The translations under genes and the position numbers were made by a program. Source: Octopus sinensis (taxonomy: Eukaryota). Taken from it: a stretch of DNA of 64,000 bases. The notes under the pieces were generated by a model. It searched no databases and was not told where the DNA came from. It saw only the letters and a program-made list of their open reading frames with translations. Numbering within the stretch: position 1 is the first letter of the stretch; each line of letters starts with the position of its first letter. The DNA lies in assembly GCF_006345805.1 (NCBI RefSeq), contig NC_043007.1:10788001-10852000 (forward strand), given 5' to 3'. Below are positions 21,725-34,218 of the stretch, piece after piece.

Positions 21725-23990
21725 ATGATTCCAAATTGCATTAGGATTTTTTTTAAAAAGAAGAAAACATGAACTTTTTAATTATTTAAAAGAAAAAAAA
21801 TCAAAGCCACGTCTGAGTGTGCAGTGGTGTCGTTCATTCTGTTCAAAATGAGTTCATTGTGTACATAAATATGAGCTAGCCAGAGGAATAGCTCCCAGTT
21901 TGGGTTAGCCCTGACCTCAAACAATGCAGCAACATGGGCAGTGATGATAATCGTAATCCAAGCCACAGATTTGCTTGCCAAAAGTGAAACATACTGGCCC
22001 TTGGAGATGGGGCTCTCCAAGGCCATCAGTGAAAGAAATTATGAAACCCATTTGGTTGAATCCAACCAGAACTTTTTTTTTTTTTTTTTTTTTTTTTTAA
22101 GAAACGTATTTAAGACTAAAGCAAAGCTTTTTTTTTTTTTTATCCATAATTTAAAATGGGTTGGTTTCTTTTAGTTTATTAGTTGAAGGGACCTTGTACA
22201 GTTTATATAGACTGTCAAAACAGCCTATGTAAAAAAAATCCTCTCCGTCCGAGAGGTGGATTTTTTTTTTTTTTTTTTTTTTTTGCAACATTACAATGCA
22301 TAATTTTCATTAAAAGATGGACGTGCTCTTCGTGTGTGAGCGCCCTGTTAAGTCAAGTGGTGCTAACTGCATCATGGATATGCAGCCAATCAATGCAAGT
22401 TTACTTTGAAGCCATTTTTTTTTTTCTTTTTTCCCCCCTCCCAATGGCGCTTCTATCATTACATTTGTATGTATGTGAATATTTATCCTCCATGTGTGTA
22501 TGTATACACACACACTCACTCACACATACATACACCAGCCGAAAATTCATTCTCTGCATAACCTTAGATTTCATTTTCAAAGTAACCCCCCCTCCTATTC
22601 ATCATTATCATTATAAATGTTCACATTTTTGTCGGCAGGTGTAGTTATTAACGTTTCGAGTCTTGTTTGTTTTTGTTTTTTAAGTATAAGAGGGTGGGGG
22701 TTATTTGATGAAAAATGTTTAGTTTTATAAATAAAAATATTTTTGAAAAACTTTTCTAATTTATATTGAAGTATAAAAAAAAATATATATATATATATAA
22801 GCAACTTCCCTCTTCATCACCTCTTAGCCACTTCTATTTGGGACCTTAAAATATGGCATGTGGAACTAAAACAATCACTGGGTACACGACTTTAAAATTG
22901 TAGATTAAATTCTATCAACAGATTTTATGAAAGAAATCTCATTCAAATCATCCCTCTCTCATCCTTCACCGTTATCTAGTCTAAATTTTGAGAACAATGG
23001 ATAATATATACAAATACATCAAAAGACACATTTAATAGACTGCTATGATATATGCGTTTGTGTGTGTGTATAATTATATTTAATATATATAGTTATTCAC
23101 AGCCCAGTTAGTCTGCTGGGTCAACAAGCGTAAGAGGGCCAAGATGTCTGTCTGCTTTTGGCTGTATAGGCACCAAAAGATTATAAGGAAGGCATATTAC
23201 AGTTACTAGGTTTAAACCTTAGTGATAGCTTTATATATCATATCTGTGCACACACGTTTTCCTCATTTCATGCAAAAACAAAATTTTTTATCCTTTACAA
23301 ATATACATACATATTTCTTTACACAGACACGACAAATTATTGCGGCAAGGCATCGTTACTTCATAGAGTATTCCATTATCATTGCTGCAATGATTTTGTT
23401 CCATAATTCCTCTTTGTCAAAATTTCCATTGTATAAAATCGTTTTTATTTCTCAGTCATTTTGTGAGCCCCCTTCATCCCCCCCCCCTCGCCACATTCCT
23501 ACATACTCTAAGGTAGCTTACCTATCATGAGAGAATTTACCAATCCAGCATCTTTCTGGCCACCAATCAACCCTGGTTGGTTGTGACGGTGGTAGTAAGT
23601 GTTGGTGTTCATCATAGTAGTTGGTCACTTTTAATTAGCCCTTCCCTTAACCTGCATCATTAGGTTAGTCCCTTAATCCTTCTGTCTCCAGAATATAAAA
23701 TTCAACTGGGTAAATGCTAGGGTGGGATGGGGGCCACCACTGCAACAAACAAACAAACAAATGTATATCTAAGAGGTCCTGGGAGCAAGGTCTCCTTTGG
23801 ATGTTGGTGATGAATCTCTTGGAGTTTTTAAGTTATCCACTAATTTGCATTGTAAATATGTTCAGATTCACATTAAATGCGAGTGAGTGTATATATTGAG
23901 TGATTGGTTTATCATACCAAAATAGGTGTGTGGAAGTGTGAGTGCATAAAAAATTGTATTTTTATTAATAAAATTAAAAATTCTGAATTT
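21725..23990 (+). other. Putative Pim 3'UTR with two candidate poly(A) signals
   Basis: Unique, TE-free sequence after the stop; AATAAA at 22729-22734 and 23967-23972, the second followed by a U/GU-rich tract. The end point is inferred. Confidence 0.55.
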
Positions 23991-24239
23991 TATTCACGTC
24001 TTCTGTTTTTCATGTTAAAAAGCAATAGCTGGCAAAAAGAAAAAAAAAACATCTTTTTGCCAAAATACCGAATTTGATGACATATCAGATGGGCTTTTTG
24101 TTTATTTTAATCCATAGTTGGACCTGTATTAGCTTCAATGCAGTAAAGCATAACATTATCTGCGGAAACTAGGTGCATTTAATGTGCCATCAAATGCGGT
24201 ATATAATCTTATATCTTTCACCCATATTGAATTTATGGA

Positions 24240-24650
24240 ATACGATCAGTCTAGACCATTTTCACCATCACAGAAGTTAAGTTGACACATTCTAGCCTGG
24301 ATTAAATTGCTAGAAGAATATAACCAGAATTAGAAGATCTAAGACAACCATTTTACTACCGATTACTAGACATCAGATATAAAGTACTCTGAGTGGTTTG
24401 TGTCAAGATCTGTTTAGAAGGTATATAGAAAGAGAAGCTGGTTGGAAACCTGTTCACCACATGATCAAGTCCTGTCATACTTTTCCTGAATGCTCTTACC
24501 AAAGATCAGATGTTATGGAGGTAACATGGGGTGTATTCTGCTACAGGTGGAACAGTGGGGAGAAATCATACTATAATATTAGGCCCATCCTGCTGAAGGA
24601 TACAGGTGAAAAATTCAGGAATTGAATTTTACTGAAACTGAAGCCCCCAC
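24240..24650 (+). mobile_element. Highly decayed LINE-like fragment
   Basis: Segment at about 24590-24640 (CTGAAGGATACAGGTGAAAAATTCAGGAATTGAA) resembles 26785-26830 of the CR1 3' end; no intact frame. Confidence 0.35.
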
Positions 24651-24763
24651 CTCTCTTCTCCACTGAGACTTTAGGAATCTCATTTCTTTACTGGCATGAA
24701 GGGTTTACAGAAGTGGGTCGTGGATTGGTAATTTTCTGCTATTTTTGGCTCCACATATACTCG

Positions 24764-24974
24764 TTTACTTGTTTCAGTCATTTGACTGTGGCCATGCTGG
24801 AGTACCGCCTTTAGTAGAGCAAATCGACCCTGGGACTTATTCTTTGTAAGCCTAGTACTTATTCTATCGGTCTCTTATGCCGAACCTCTTAGTTTCAGGG
24901 GCGTAAACACACAAGCATCGGTTGTCAAGCAATCTTGGGGGCAAACACACACACACATACATATACATATATAT

Positions 24975-25054
<80 letters not shown>

Positions 25055-25233
25055 CTATATATATATATATATATATATATGACGGGTTTCATTCTGCCAA
25101 ATCCACTCACAAGGCTTTGGTCGGCCCGAGGCTGTAGTAGAAGACACTTGCCCAAGGTACCACGCAGTAGGACTGAACCCGGAACCATGTGGTTGGTAAG
25201 CAAGCTACTTACCACACAGCCACTCCTGCGCCT
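24764..25233 (-). mobile_element. SINE family A, full length, internal (TA)n
   Basis: Complete head (AGGCGCAGGAGTGGC) through tail. Confidence 0.9.
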
Positions 25234-25698
25234 GGAAAATATACATCCATGGCTTCTGGTTAAAACATTCTCTGAATGGAATTTCCATAGAAATGTGTAC
25301 ATTTTTGGCAAGAAAAATGGCTGTAGCTTTCTAAACGAGGTTCTTTTGCAAGATTATTTCTTCTTACTTATTTCAGTCAGGTTGGGGTATTGCCAGTCAA
25401 ATGAATCTTTAAAAGCCTGGTACTAACTTAGCCAGTTTCTTTGGCCGAAATGCTAACTTACCATGATGTAAACACCAACACCGGTTATCAAGCTGTGGTG
25501 GAGTAAACAAACACACATACATGTGTGTGTCCACTGAGCTTTCAGTTTCCATCTACCAAATCCACAGGCCTTTGGTCGGCTGGAGGCTATAAGTAGAAGA
25601 CACCTGCCCAAGGTTCCATGCAGTGGGACCGATTCGGAACCATGTGGTTGGGAAGCAAATTTTTTACCACACATCCACGTCTGCGCCTAGGTCCTTAC

Positions 25699-26087
25699 AT
25701 ACCTATTTCTTTATTACCCACAAGGAGCTAAACACAGAGGGGACAGACATAGGTATTAAGTCGATTACATCGACCCCAGTGCGTAACTGGTACTTAATTT
25801 ATCGACCCCGAAAGGATGAAAGGCAAAGTCGACCTCGGCGGAATTTGAACTCACAACATAACGCAGACGAAATACCTATTTCTTTACTAAACACAGAGGG
25901 GACAAACAAGGACAGACATAGGTATTAAGTCGATTACATCGACCCCAGTGCGTAACTGGTACTTAATTTATCGACCCCGAAAGGATGAAAGGCAAAGTCG
26001 ACCTCGGCGGAATTTGAACTCACAACGTAACGGCAGACGAAATACCGCTAAGCATTTCGCCCGGCGTGCTAACGTTTCTGCCAGCTC
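25699..26087 (-). mobile_element. SINE family C dimer
   Basis: Two bodies joined at GACGAAATACCTATTTC, one head. Confidence 0.88.
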
Positions 26088-26334
26088 CGAGCTTGTTTGG
26101 TTTGTTGTGATGTTATTCAAAACAACACGGTTTAGTGTTCGCTCTCATCGCATGGCCTTCTGAGTACGCGCCTTTGTTTATGGCATTTGGTAAACAGAAA
26201 CTGAAAGCCTGTTGACTAATACGAAGTTTTACGATGTAAAGTTATGAATGTCTTCACAATGGGAGACATTCACTTGCGTCTATAACTTGTTTCTAAGCAA
26301 TTTCCTACTGATACAGGGTTGGCTGCTAATACCT

Positions 26335-26657
26335 CTGACTGCGGTCATGTTGGAGCATCGCTTTTAGTCGAGCAAATCGACCCTAGTACTTATTCTAACG
26401 GTCTCTTGCTGAACTGCTAAGTTACGGGGACGTAAACACACCACCATCGGTTGTCAAGCGATGTTGGGGGGACAAACACACACACATATATATATATACG
26501 ACGGGCTTCTTTCAGTTTCCGTCTACCAAATCCACGTCACAAGGCTTTGGTCGGCCCGAGGCTATAGTAGAAGATACTTGCCCAAGGTGCCACGCAGTTG
26601 GACTGAACCCGGAACCATGTGGTTGGTAAGCAAGCTACTTACCACACAGCCACTCCT
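26335..26657 (-). mobile_element. SINE family A, internally deleted
   Basis: Similarity to other A copies. Confidence 0.8.
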
Positions 26658-26739
26658 GTGTGATTTCTTGTTTTTCACCTCTTGTGTTTTGCTCTGAGTA
26701 TCGTCTAAGATCCTGTTTGTATTGAGTTGTGATTCCCAA

Positions 26740-27097
26740 ACTTTCAGGCTGCCGCCCCCTTGATTCTAAGGCCACATTCCTAGTGCCTGAAGGATACAGG
26801 TCAAAACGTCAGGAATCGAACTTTTCTGAATACTGGAAGCCATCACGAAAAGCTCTACCTGCGACAATTTCGTCTCAATCGAAGGAGGGGAGCTTTCTCC
26901 GTCCGGGTTGCGGATCCGTGGAATAAGCTGCCAGACGAGATGGTGAAGATGCCGACGACCGCTTTGTTCAAAGTCTCCCTTGACCTCAAGTGGCCTGAAC
27001 TCTTTACATAAACACCACCCTGTACTTCTTAACTCCATGTCCCCCTACATGGCCTTGCTATTTGCTTTTGAGCCAAATTAACTAACTAACTAACTAG
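26740..27097 (+). mobile_element. CR1-clade LINE 3' end with (TAAC)n tail
   Basis: KLYLRQFRLNRRRGAFSVRVADPWNKLPDEMVKMPTTALFKVSLDLKWPELFT* (stop 27009-27011) fits the CR1 C-terminal FS.RV...WN.LP...FK..LD motif. Confidence 0.85.
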
Positions 27098-27292
27098 ACC
27101 ATTTTTTGCAGCAAATTCAAAACAGCAGTATTTCACAAATGAAACTTAACCTAATTCTTTATTTCGTTTGTTTTTCTTTTTTACATCCATTGCCCCGTTT
27201 TGGTCTCTCCATTTTTCTTCAACGCCCTTTAGATCTTTCCATCATTCCCCCAGGGTGGCGGTACCGCCCACTTTGGGGACTACAGGTATAGT

Positions 27293-27803
27293 CCGCCGAG
27301 GTCGACTTTGCCTTTCATCCTTTCGGGGTCGATAAATTAAGTACCAGTTACGCACTGGGGTCGATGTAATCGACTTAATACCTATGTCCGTCCTTGTTTC
27401 TCCCCTCTGTGTTTAGCCCCTTGTGGGTAATAAAGAAATAGGTATTTCGTCTGCCATTATGTTCTGGGTTCAAATTCCGCCGAGGTCGACTTTGCCTTTC
27501 ATCCTTTCGGGGTCGATAAATTAAGTACCAGTTACGCACTGGGGTCGATGTAATCGTCTTAATACCTATGTATGTCCTTGTTTGCCCCCTCTGTGTTTAG
27601 CCCCTTGTGGGTAATAAAGAAATAGGTATTTCGTCTGCCTTTACGTTCTGAGTTCAAATTCCGCCGAGGTCGACTTTGCCTTTCATCCTTTCGGGGTCGA
27701 TTAAATAAGTACCAGTTACGCACTGGGGTCGATATAATCGACTTAATACCTATGTTTGTCCCCTCTGTGTTTAGCCCCTTGTGGGTAATAAAGAAATAGG
27801 TAT
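27293..27803 (+). mobile_element. SINE family C trimer, 5'-truncated
   Basis: CCGCCGAGG at 27293, 27477 and 27661 (184-bp period); AGGTATAG on both flanks. Confidence 0.9.
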
Positions 27804-28027
27804 AGAGGGTGTCCATGGGAAATGTTTCAATATTGAGAGAGGCAAGATTCTCCACATTTGAATCATACAATGTGATTAGGCTGTTGTTTCTTAAAGTGTG
27901 TTAACTCTAGGGGCCTTACCCTACCTCCTCCAATTTCTTGAACCATATCTAGCCTCCCTTTATATATAAAGACCAAGCAAAAGAAATCCCTGGTTTTTGT
28001 TTTAAATATTGTAGTAAATTAAACAAG

Positions 28028-28130
28028 GTAGTGGTTAAGAAGATTCTTTCCCAGTCACGTGGTCTTGTGTTCAGTTCCGGGTCGACGAAAGCCTTATAAG
28101 TGGATTAGGTAGAGACTATGGAAGCCCGTC

Positions 28131-28207
<77 letters not shown>

Positions 28208-28458
28208 CATCCATCCATCCATCTGTCTGTCTGTCTGTTTCTAGCGTAAGTGTCCTCCTCATACTATTGCTTGACAACCGGTGTTCGTTCATTAACATCC
28301 CAGTAAATTACCAGTCACCAAAAGAGACCGATGGAATGAGTACGAGACTTTAAAAGATATAAATACTGAGTCGGGGCGCAATTATTTTCGGCTGAAACCC
28401 TTCAAGGTGGTGCCCCAGCATGGTCGCAATCCAATGACTGCAACAAAATATAAAGGAT
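28028..28458 (+). mobile_element. Diverged SINE family A with internal (CTAT)n
   Basis: Head remnant, microsatellite, tail GGTGGTGCCCCAGCATGGTCGCA. Confidence 0.7.
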
Positions 28459-30057
28459 GTAGTATAAGATCTTGTTTGATTGCATAGCACCGCAAATTCT
28501 TGGTCTATCCTATTTGCCCGAGGCTGCAGGATGGCCGTAGCCATCCTGAAACCAGATAACTTGCCAGAAATGCTTGCAACCAAGTTGAATGAATTCTTCG
28601 AAAGGCACCCACGGGCCTGGTGATGGTGTTTGTTTATTTCCCAAGGACAGGAATGGAAAATCTTCAACGAAATGCATAGTTTCTGTTTATCAAATTTCGC
28701 TGGTGCCACATAGTAACATCGAAAATTAAACCGCGAATTTATTACACGTGGCCATGCGTCTTCGCGGTGTTTGTTCCGATTATCAACACCGAGGCCAGCT
28801 TTGCCTTTCAATTTAATGGGGAATCGATAAAGTAAAGTACCATCCAATATGTTGGATTAGCGAAATTGTTTGGGCGTCCGACGAAAATATTTGAGATATT
28901 CATTCCGTATGTTCTTGTGTTTCAGGTCCTTGGCTAGTTGATTTAATCCATTTCCTGTTTTATAACACCACACCTGGTATTCGGCCACCATTAGTGGAAT
29001 TCATTCTGTTACAAGCATTTGGGGCTAGATATCTAATTTAAAGTTTACTACCTTCCGCCAGTCTCGGAGTCACCGAAAAAGTAAAGCTTCATGGTTCCTT
29101 CCTCTTTTTTCCTTTCCCAGAGTCGAGAGAAATTTGGCTGCTACATTCTCGCGGTCGTTGTTTGAGATGGTGAAAAATGTTCTGAAGTCACAGGAACGGA
29201 TATTTTATATTCTACCAGCAGATTCTCGCCTGGTACTTAACTCACATTTTTAATACTTCCGCTTCTTACTATTTTCTTTCAGTTTTCACTCATTTACATC
29301 TAGTCACATGACCTCTGCAGTCGCTCGACCTGTTACAAACAGCGGCCATATTTCTCTTAATAAATAGCAATGATCAAGTAACTTAACTCACTTTTATTTT
29401 GTAGTTGGCTTAGATTTCCAGTTCGTGTTTGACTATTTCATAGGACATCCTCTGTGACGAGTGAGTTTGCGCTTGAGCAGCACAAATAGGATAAACCAAA
29501 AATTTACGGTGCCGGTAAACTTTGATACCAATTTGAACCCCGCAAGGTAGACGGGGAGGAGTGATGGGCAGTCCACTACGGGCGAGTCTGCTGTATAAGC
29601 TTGTAGAGGCTTGGGAGCCGCAGGGGGCGCGCAAACTGAAGAGCTACCCCGAGTGGTACACACTTCAGCTGTGCCACTGTTTAAACCAGCGAATTTTAAT
29701 TAAGTTCCCTGTGTGCTGTCGTTTTTTCTTTTTTTTTTTTTTTTTTTTAGTATTCCTTACTCTAAAATTATTGAACTTTAAAGCTAATATTTTTACGTGA
29801 TCGAATGATGGTATCCAGCGGAAATGAAAGTGTAAAACATCGGAATTTGTTGGAATAAAAACGAAATGTTCCAAACCCAAAACTTAAAATATGGAGAGAG
29901 AGATCATCTTCGGCATCTATAACCCAATTCAAGACATGAAGGCTATGGAAAGGAAAACTTCTAAAAAGTGATTACTGTGGAGAAAGCGAAAAGGTGTGAT
30001 GAAGAGAAGAGATACAAGTGTAGTTGGCACTCATTTAGCTTACTCTGATGAGATATA

Positions 30058-30413
30058 CTCTTTACTCTCTTTTACTTGTTTCAGTCATTTGACTGCGGCC
30101 ATCCTGGAGCACCGCCTTTAGTCGAGGAAATCGACCACCAGGACTTATTCTTTGGAAGCCTAGCACTTATTCTATCGGATTCCTTTGCCGAACCGCTAAG
30201 TTACCAGCATCGGTTGTCAAGCGATGTTGGTGGGGGGGGGGGACAAACACAGACACACAAACACAAACATACATATATATACATATATACGATGGGCTTC
30301 TTTCAGTTTCCGTCTACCAAATCCACTCACAAGGCTTTGGTCGGCCTGAGGCTATAGTAGAAAACACATGCCCAAGGTGCCACGCAGTGGGACTGAACCC
30401 GTAACCATGTGGT
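30058..30413 (-). mobile_element. SINE family A, 5'-truncated
   Basis: Similarity to other A copies. Confidence 0.85.
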
Positions 30414-31077
30414 CATTTTAATGAAAGTCATCGCGCTTGTGGACTTTAAGTTTGAAGTGTAATGGAGCATGTGCTCCATATTTTGGAATCGCTCTCAGAT
30501 GTTAACAGCAGTAATGTCCCACATTTTTTTACAAAAATCTCATTGTAGGTCTCATTTCAGATTTGTATTGTTCCTTAGTATATCTGGTTTGTTAGCGTTT
30601 CAAAATTTGATGAATTCTCTTCCACACGACGGTTTTCTGATCTCATCCAAACTCGAATTGAAGATAGTCCTCGAAAATATTTCAAGTGAAATCATTTTCT
30701 TTCGGAGAGGCAGAGTTTTTGACGCTATGTATGTATTTTTAAAACAGAGGATGGGGCGAAGACCCGAGCTTAAATAGTTCTCCCAAAAGCTAGTTCCGCA
30801 GTATTTGGTAGAAGAAACATAAAGCTGACCGTCAAAGACATTGGTGATGATGTTAGTTTCTGACTAGCAGTCACCTTTGTAACACAATGTGGGGAAGAGG
30901 TAAGCACAGATGTGACTGTTGGTTATATATTGTTGAGAGGAATCGCCATGAGCATACAAGTCTCCATAACATCTCCGTTTCCCGCTTTCAAATTTACTCA
31001 CAACACATTGGTCGGACCGGGATGATAGTAAAAGACACTGGCGCAAAGTGCCATAGAGTAGCAAGTACATCATATAC

Positions 31078-31305
31078 TTGGTTAGGGCAGCGGACTCGCG
31101 GTCGTAGGATCGAGGTTTCGATTCACAGACCGGGCGTGTGAGTGTTATTGAGTTGTACTCTTTCGCCACAACTTTCGCTCATTGTTTCTTCTGTTGGCCT
31201 GCTCGCTTAGCCAGCGGGGTGGCGACATTTCAAGGCTAAAACAATGCGAAGCGCATTGTGACCAGCGATGTGTAGCAACATCTGATGACCTGGTCGATCA
31301 CGGTG

Positions 31306-31308
<3 letters not shown>
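31078..31308 (+). mobile_element. SINE with family B head and a different body and tail
   Basis: GGTTAGGGCAGCGGACTCGCGGTCGTAGGATCG head, then internal deletion and a distinct 3' part. Confidence 0.6.
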
Positions 31309-31363
<55 letters not shown>

Positions 31364-31689
31364 TGACAGACAGACAGACTATGTATATGTATAGACTCTC
31401 TTTCTCTCTATATATATATACACACATATATATATGCATATATATGTGTATATATATATATGCATGTATGCATAATACATACATACATACATGCATGCAT
31501 ACATATATGTATATAAGTATTTGTGTATGTATGATATTTTGTGTTTGCTTTGTGTTTTTCTGATACCACCGTTTGCCAACCGACTGTGGTTCGTTTATGT
31601 CCCCGTAATTTAACTTTTCTGCAAAACAGATTGATAAAATAAGTGCCAGGTATAAATTTTAAAAATAGATAGATAAAAATAAACAACAC

Positions 31690-31960
31690 CCCGGGTTTCA
31701 AGGGCCCACAGCTTTTTAGTATTCTCCCAAAGAGACTGAGGAACTTGCACAAAGTAGATGTGGGGGGGGGAGGTTTAAATCAAAGCTGGACCTCTTCCTG
31801 TCGTGAGTCCCAGATGAACCTACCTCACGGCAAGAGGTGCAAATGAGGGTAGCTATATCATTCTTCATCAAGTGCCACATATTAGAGGAGGCTCCTAGTA
31901 ATAACAGTGTAGCGGAAAACGGCGGTGCTTCAGCATGGCCGCAGCTCTGAGCTGAAACTT
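31690..31960 (+). mobile_element. CR1-like LINE 3' end whose tail matches SINE family A
   Basis: GFKGPQLFSILPKRLRNLHKVDV / FKSKLDLFLS*VPDEPTSRQEVQMRV, then GGCGGTGCTTCAGCATGGCCGCAG; second copy on minus at 57677-57892. Confidence 0.8.
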
Positions 31961-32631
31961 TAAGAAAAAAAAAATGAAATTTTAAAAAATAACAACAAAT
32001 AAATAAAATAAGTACTTCAAGACGGTGCTCCAGTTACTGAAACAAATAAAAGAAGAAAAAAAACATATATTAACGATGCGGTGCAGAAGAATCGAAACCG
32101 AGTTACGATCATTAAATCGCCTGGGACGTCATCGCCAGCACACACTCCAGCACGCCAGCTAGCCAGCCAGCCAGCCAGCCAGTCGTCAGCATTCGGGTGC
32201 ACGCATACTTAAGAAGAGAAGAAAAAAAAAAAAGCACAGCTGTTTAATAGACACAGAAGAAAGACTTCGGCATCAGAAATCCCCTTACGTGTGTGTGTGT
32301 ATGCTCGTTCGGTGTGGTGTGTAAGTGAATGTGTGTGTGTGAGCGTGTGTGTATATGTGTGGTGTGTGTGTGTGTGTGTGTGTGTATAAGCGTGCGCGTG
32401 TATATAAATAGTACGGTGCTTCTTTTTTTTTTTAATTCTTTTTTTATCAACGACTTAATGGGGGGTTGAGTTACTGACTAGCTGGTATCGTGTGCTCGTT
32501 TTCTTTCTTAAAAAGGCAAACGTCTCAGACAAGAGATTCTCTCTCTCTCTCTCTCTCTCTCTCGAGTTACTCTACTCCCTTCTTCGCGTTCTTTGGCCGT
32601 CTGTTGAGAACAGCTGAAGCGAACTGGTACC

Positions 32632-32663
<32 letters not shown>

Positions 32664-32793
32664 ATATATATATATATATAACCACACATTATATATATAT
32701 ATATATACATATGTATACACACATATATATATCATATATATATACACATATATACATATATATATATAATATATATATATATTATATATACAT

Positions 32794-32840
<47 letters not shown>

Positions 32841-33003
32841 TATTATAGATATATATAAATATATATACGTATATATATATATATCTATATATCTATATAT
32901 ATAAATATATACGTAGGTGCGTATGTAAAAGTATATATATATATATATGGTAGGGGAGACGGCGAGTGTATGTTGGAGCGAGATGTAGTTTAAGTAGTAG
33001 TAA

Positions 33004-33052
<49 letters not shown>

Positions 33053-33494
33053 TAGGTTTCTGGGTGTGTGGCAGAACACATGAATGGCGGGGACTTCCAA
33101 GTAAATTGAGAACGTACGAACTCGGGAGTTGCCGTTCTTTGCTATTATAGCTGTTTGTATAGCCCCAGGTCAGACCTATTCCAAGGGATACATCACCATC
33201 ACAAAACACATCCCAGCCACTAGCCTTTTCCATTTATTCCAGCTATTGCTTGTAATGTTGAATGCATTCTTTTTCTTTTCTTTGTGTATTTCCTTTTCCT
33301 TTTGTTTTTTTTTGCTTTTTGGTTGGTAAGGTGTAATTTTAAAGGTAATTTGGCTGTTGTTTCTAGCGGATCGAATGACCATGTAGAAGGAACCACGTTA
33401 GCAACTGCTGCTGCCGTTGGAGAGTGTTTGTCTCTTATTGGAAAAGGGTCTGCTGTTTCTTTCCCCACGACCATCTCTTACCATCCCCCTTCCG

Positions 33495-33525
<31 letters not shown>

Positions 33526-33791
33526 CCTCACCCCCTCTCCCCCTCTCCCCTCACCCTCCTCTCCCTCTCTCTTGCCTTTTATCTTCCCTTTTCCTCCAAA
33601 TCTGCGTTCCTGTAGATATTTTTGAAGTAAGGGAGTTCCTTCCAAATATACAAAGAACATATATATGTACTTACAGATACGCGGGCGCACGCACGCACAC
33701 ACACGCACACACACACACACACACATACACACACACACACACACACATACATTCAGGAATATGTAAATGTATGTTTATGCTTATGAGACAG

Positions 33792-34218
33792 GGATCTTTT
33801 CTGTTTGAACGGCAGTTTTTAAAAATAATTTCTAGTTCACTAAACCCTTTTAAACTTCGTATACTGGTAGAATGTGTTTATAAAACATCGTTTTCTCTTG
33901 GCTTTATTGAGAAAATTCTATAGTTTGTAAGATATTGTTTTTTTTCTTTAATTTCTGCAATTTCGACCAATCAATGACGTCTATTGAGGTAAAAGAAACA
34001 TTCTGTGCCGTATGAATATGTCCCTCGTTTAAGAAACAGATTGGGTTTATTTACATTTGTGAAGAAAAAAAGATACCCTTACCCCACCCTAACCCTAAGC
34101 CTAAGCCTAACCCTAAAACAGATTGAAATGCAATAGATCGATACTAGGGTCATAATTATGGGTGACAATTTCATATGACACCGCTAGAAAAAAACTGCCG
34201 TTCAAACCGAAAAGATCC
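33792..34218. mobile_element. Second copy of the TTAGGG-bearing MITE, opposite orientation
   Basis: Same TIRs; TSD TGAGACAG at 33784-33791 and 34219-34226; CCCTAA repeats at about 34087-34116. Confidence 0.9.

Noticed and set aside
33089-33098. NF-kB-like GGGGACTTCC
   Set aside because: Single isolated match with no supporting context.
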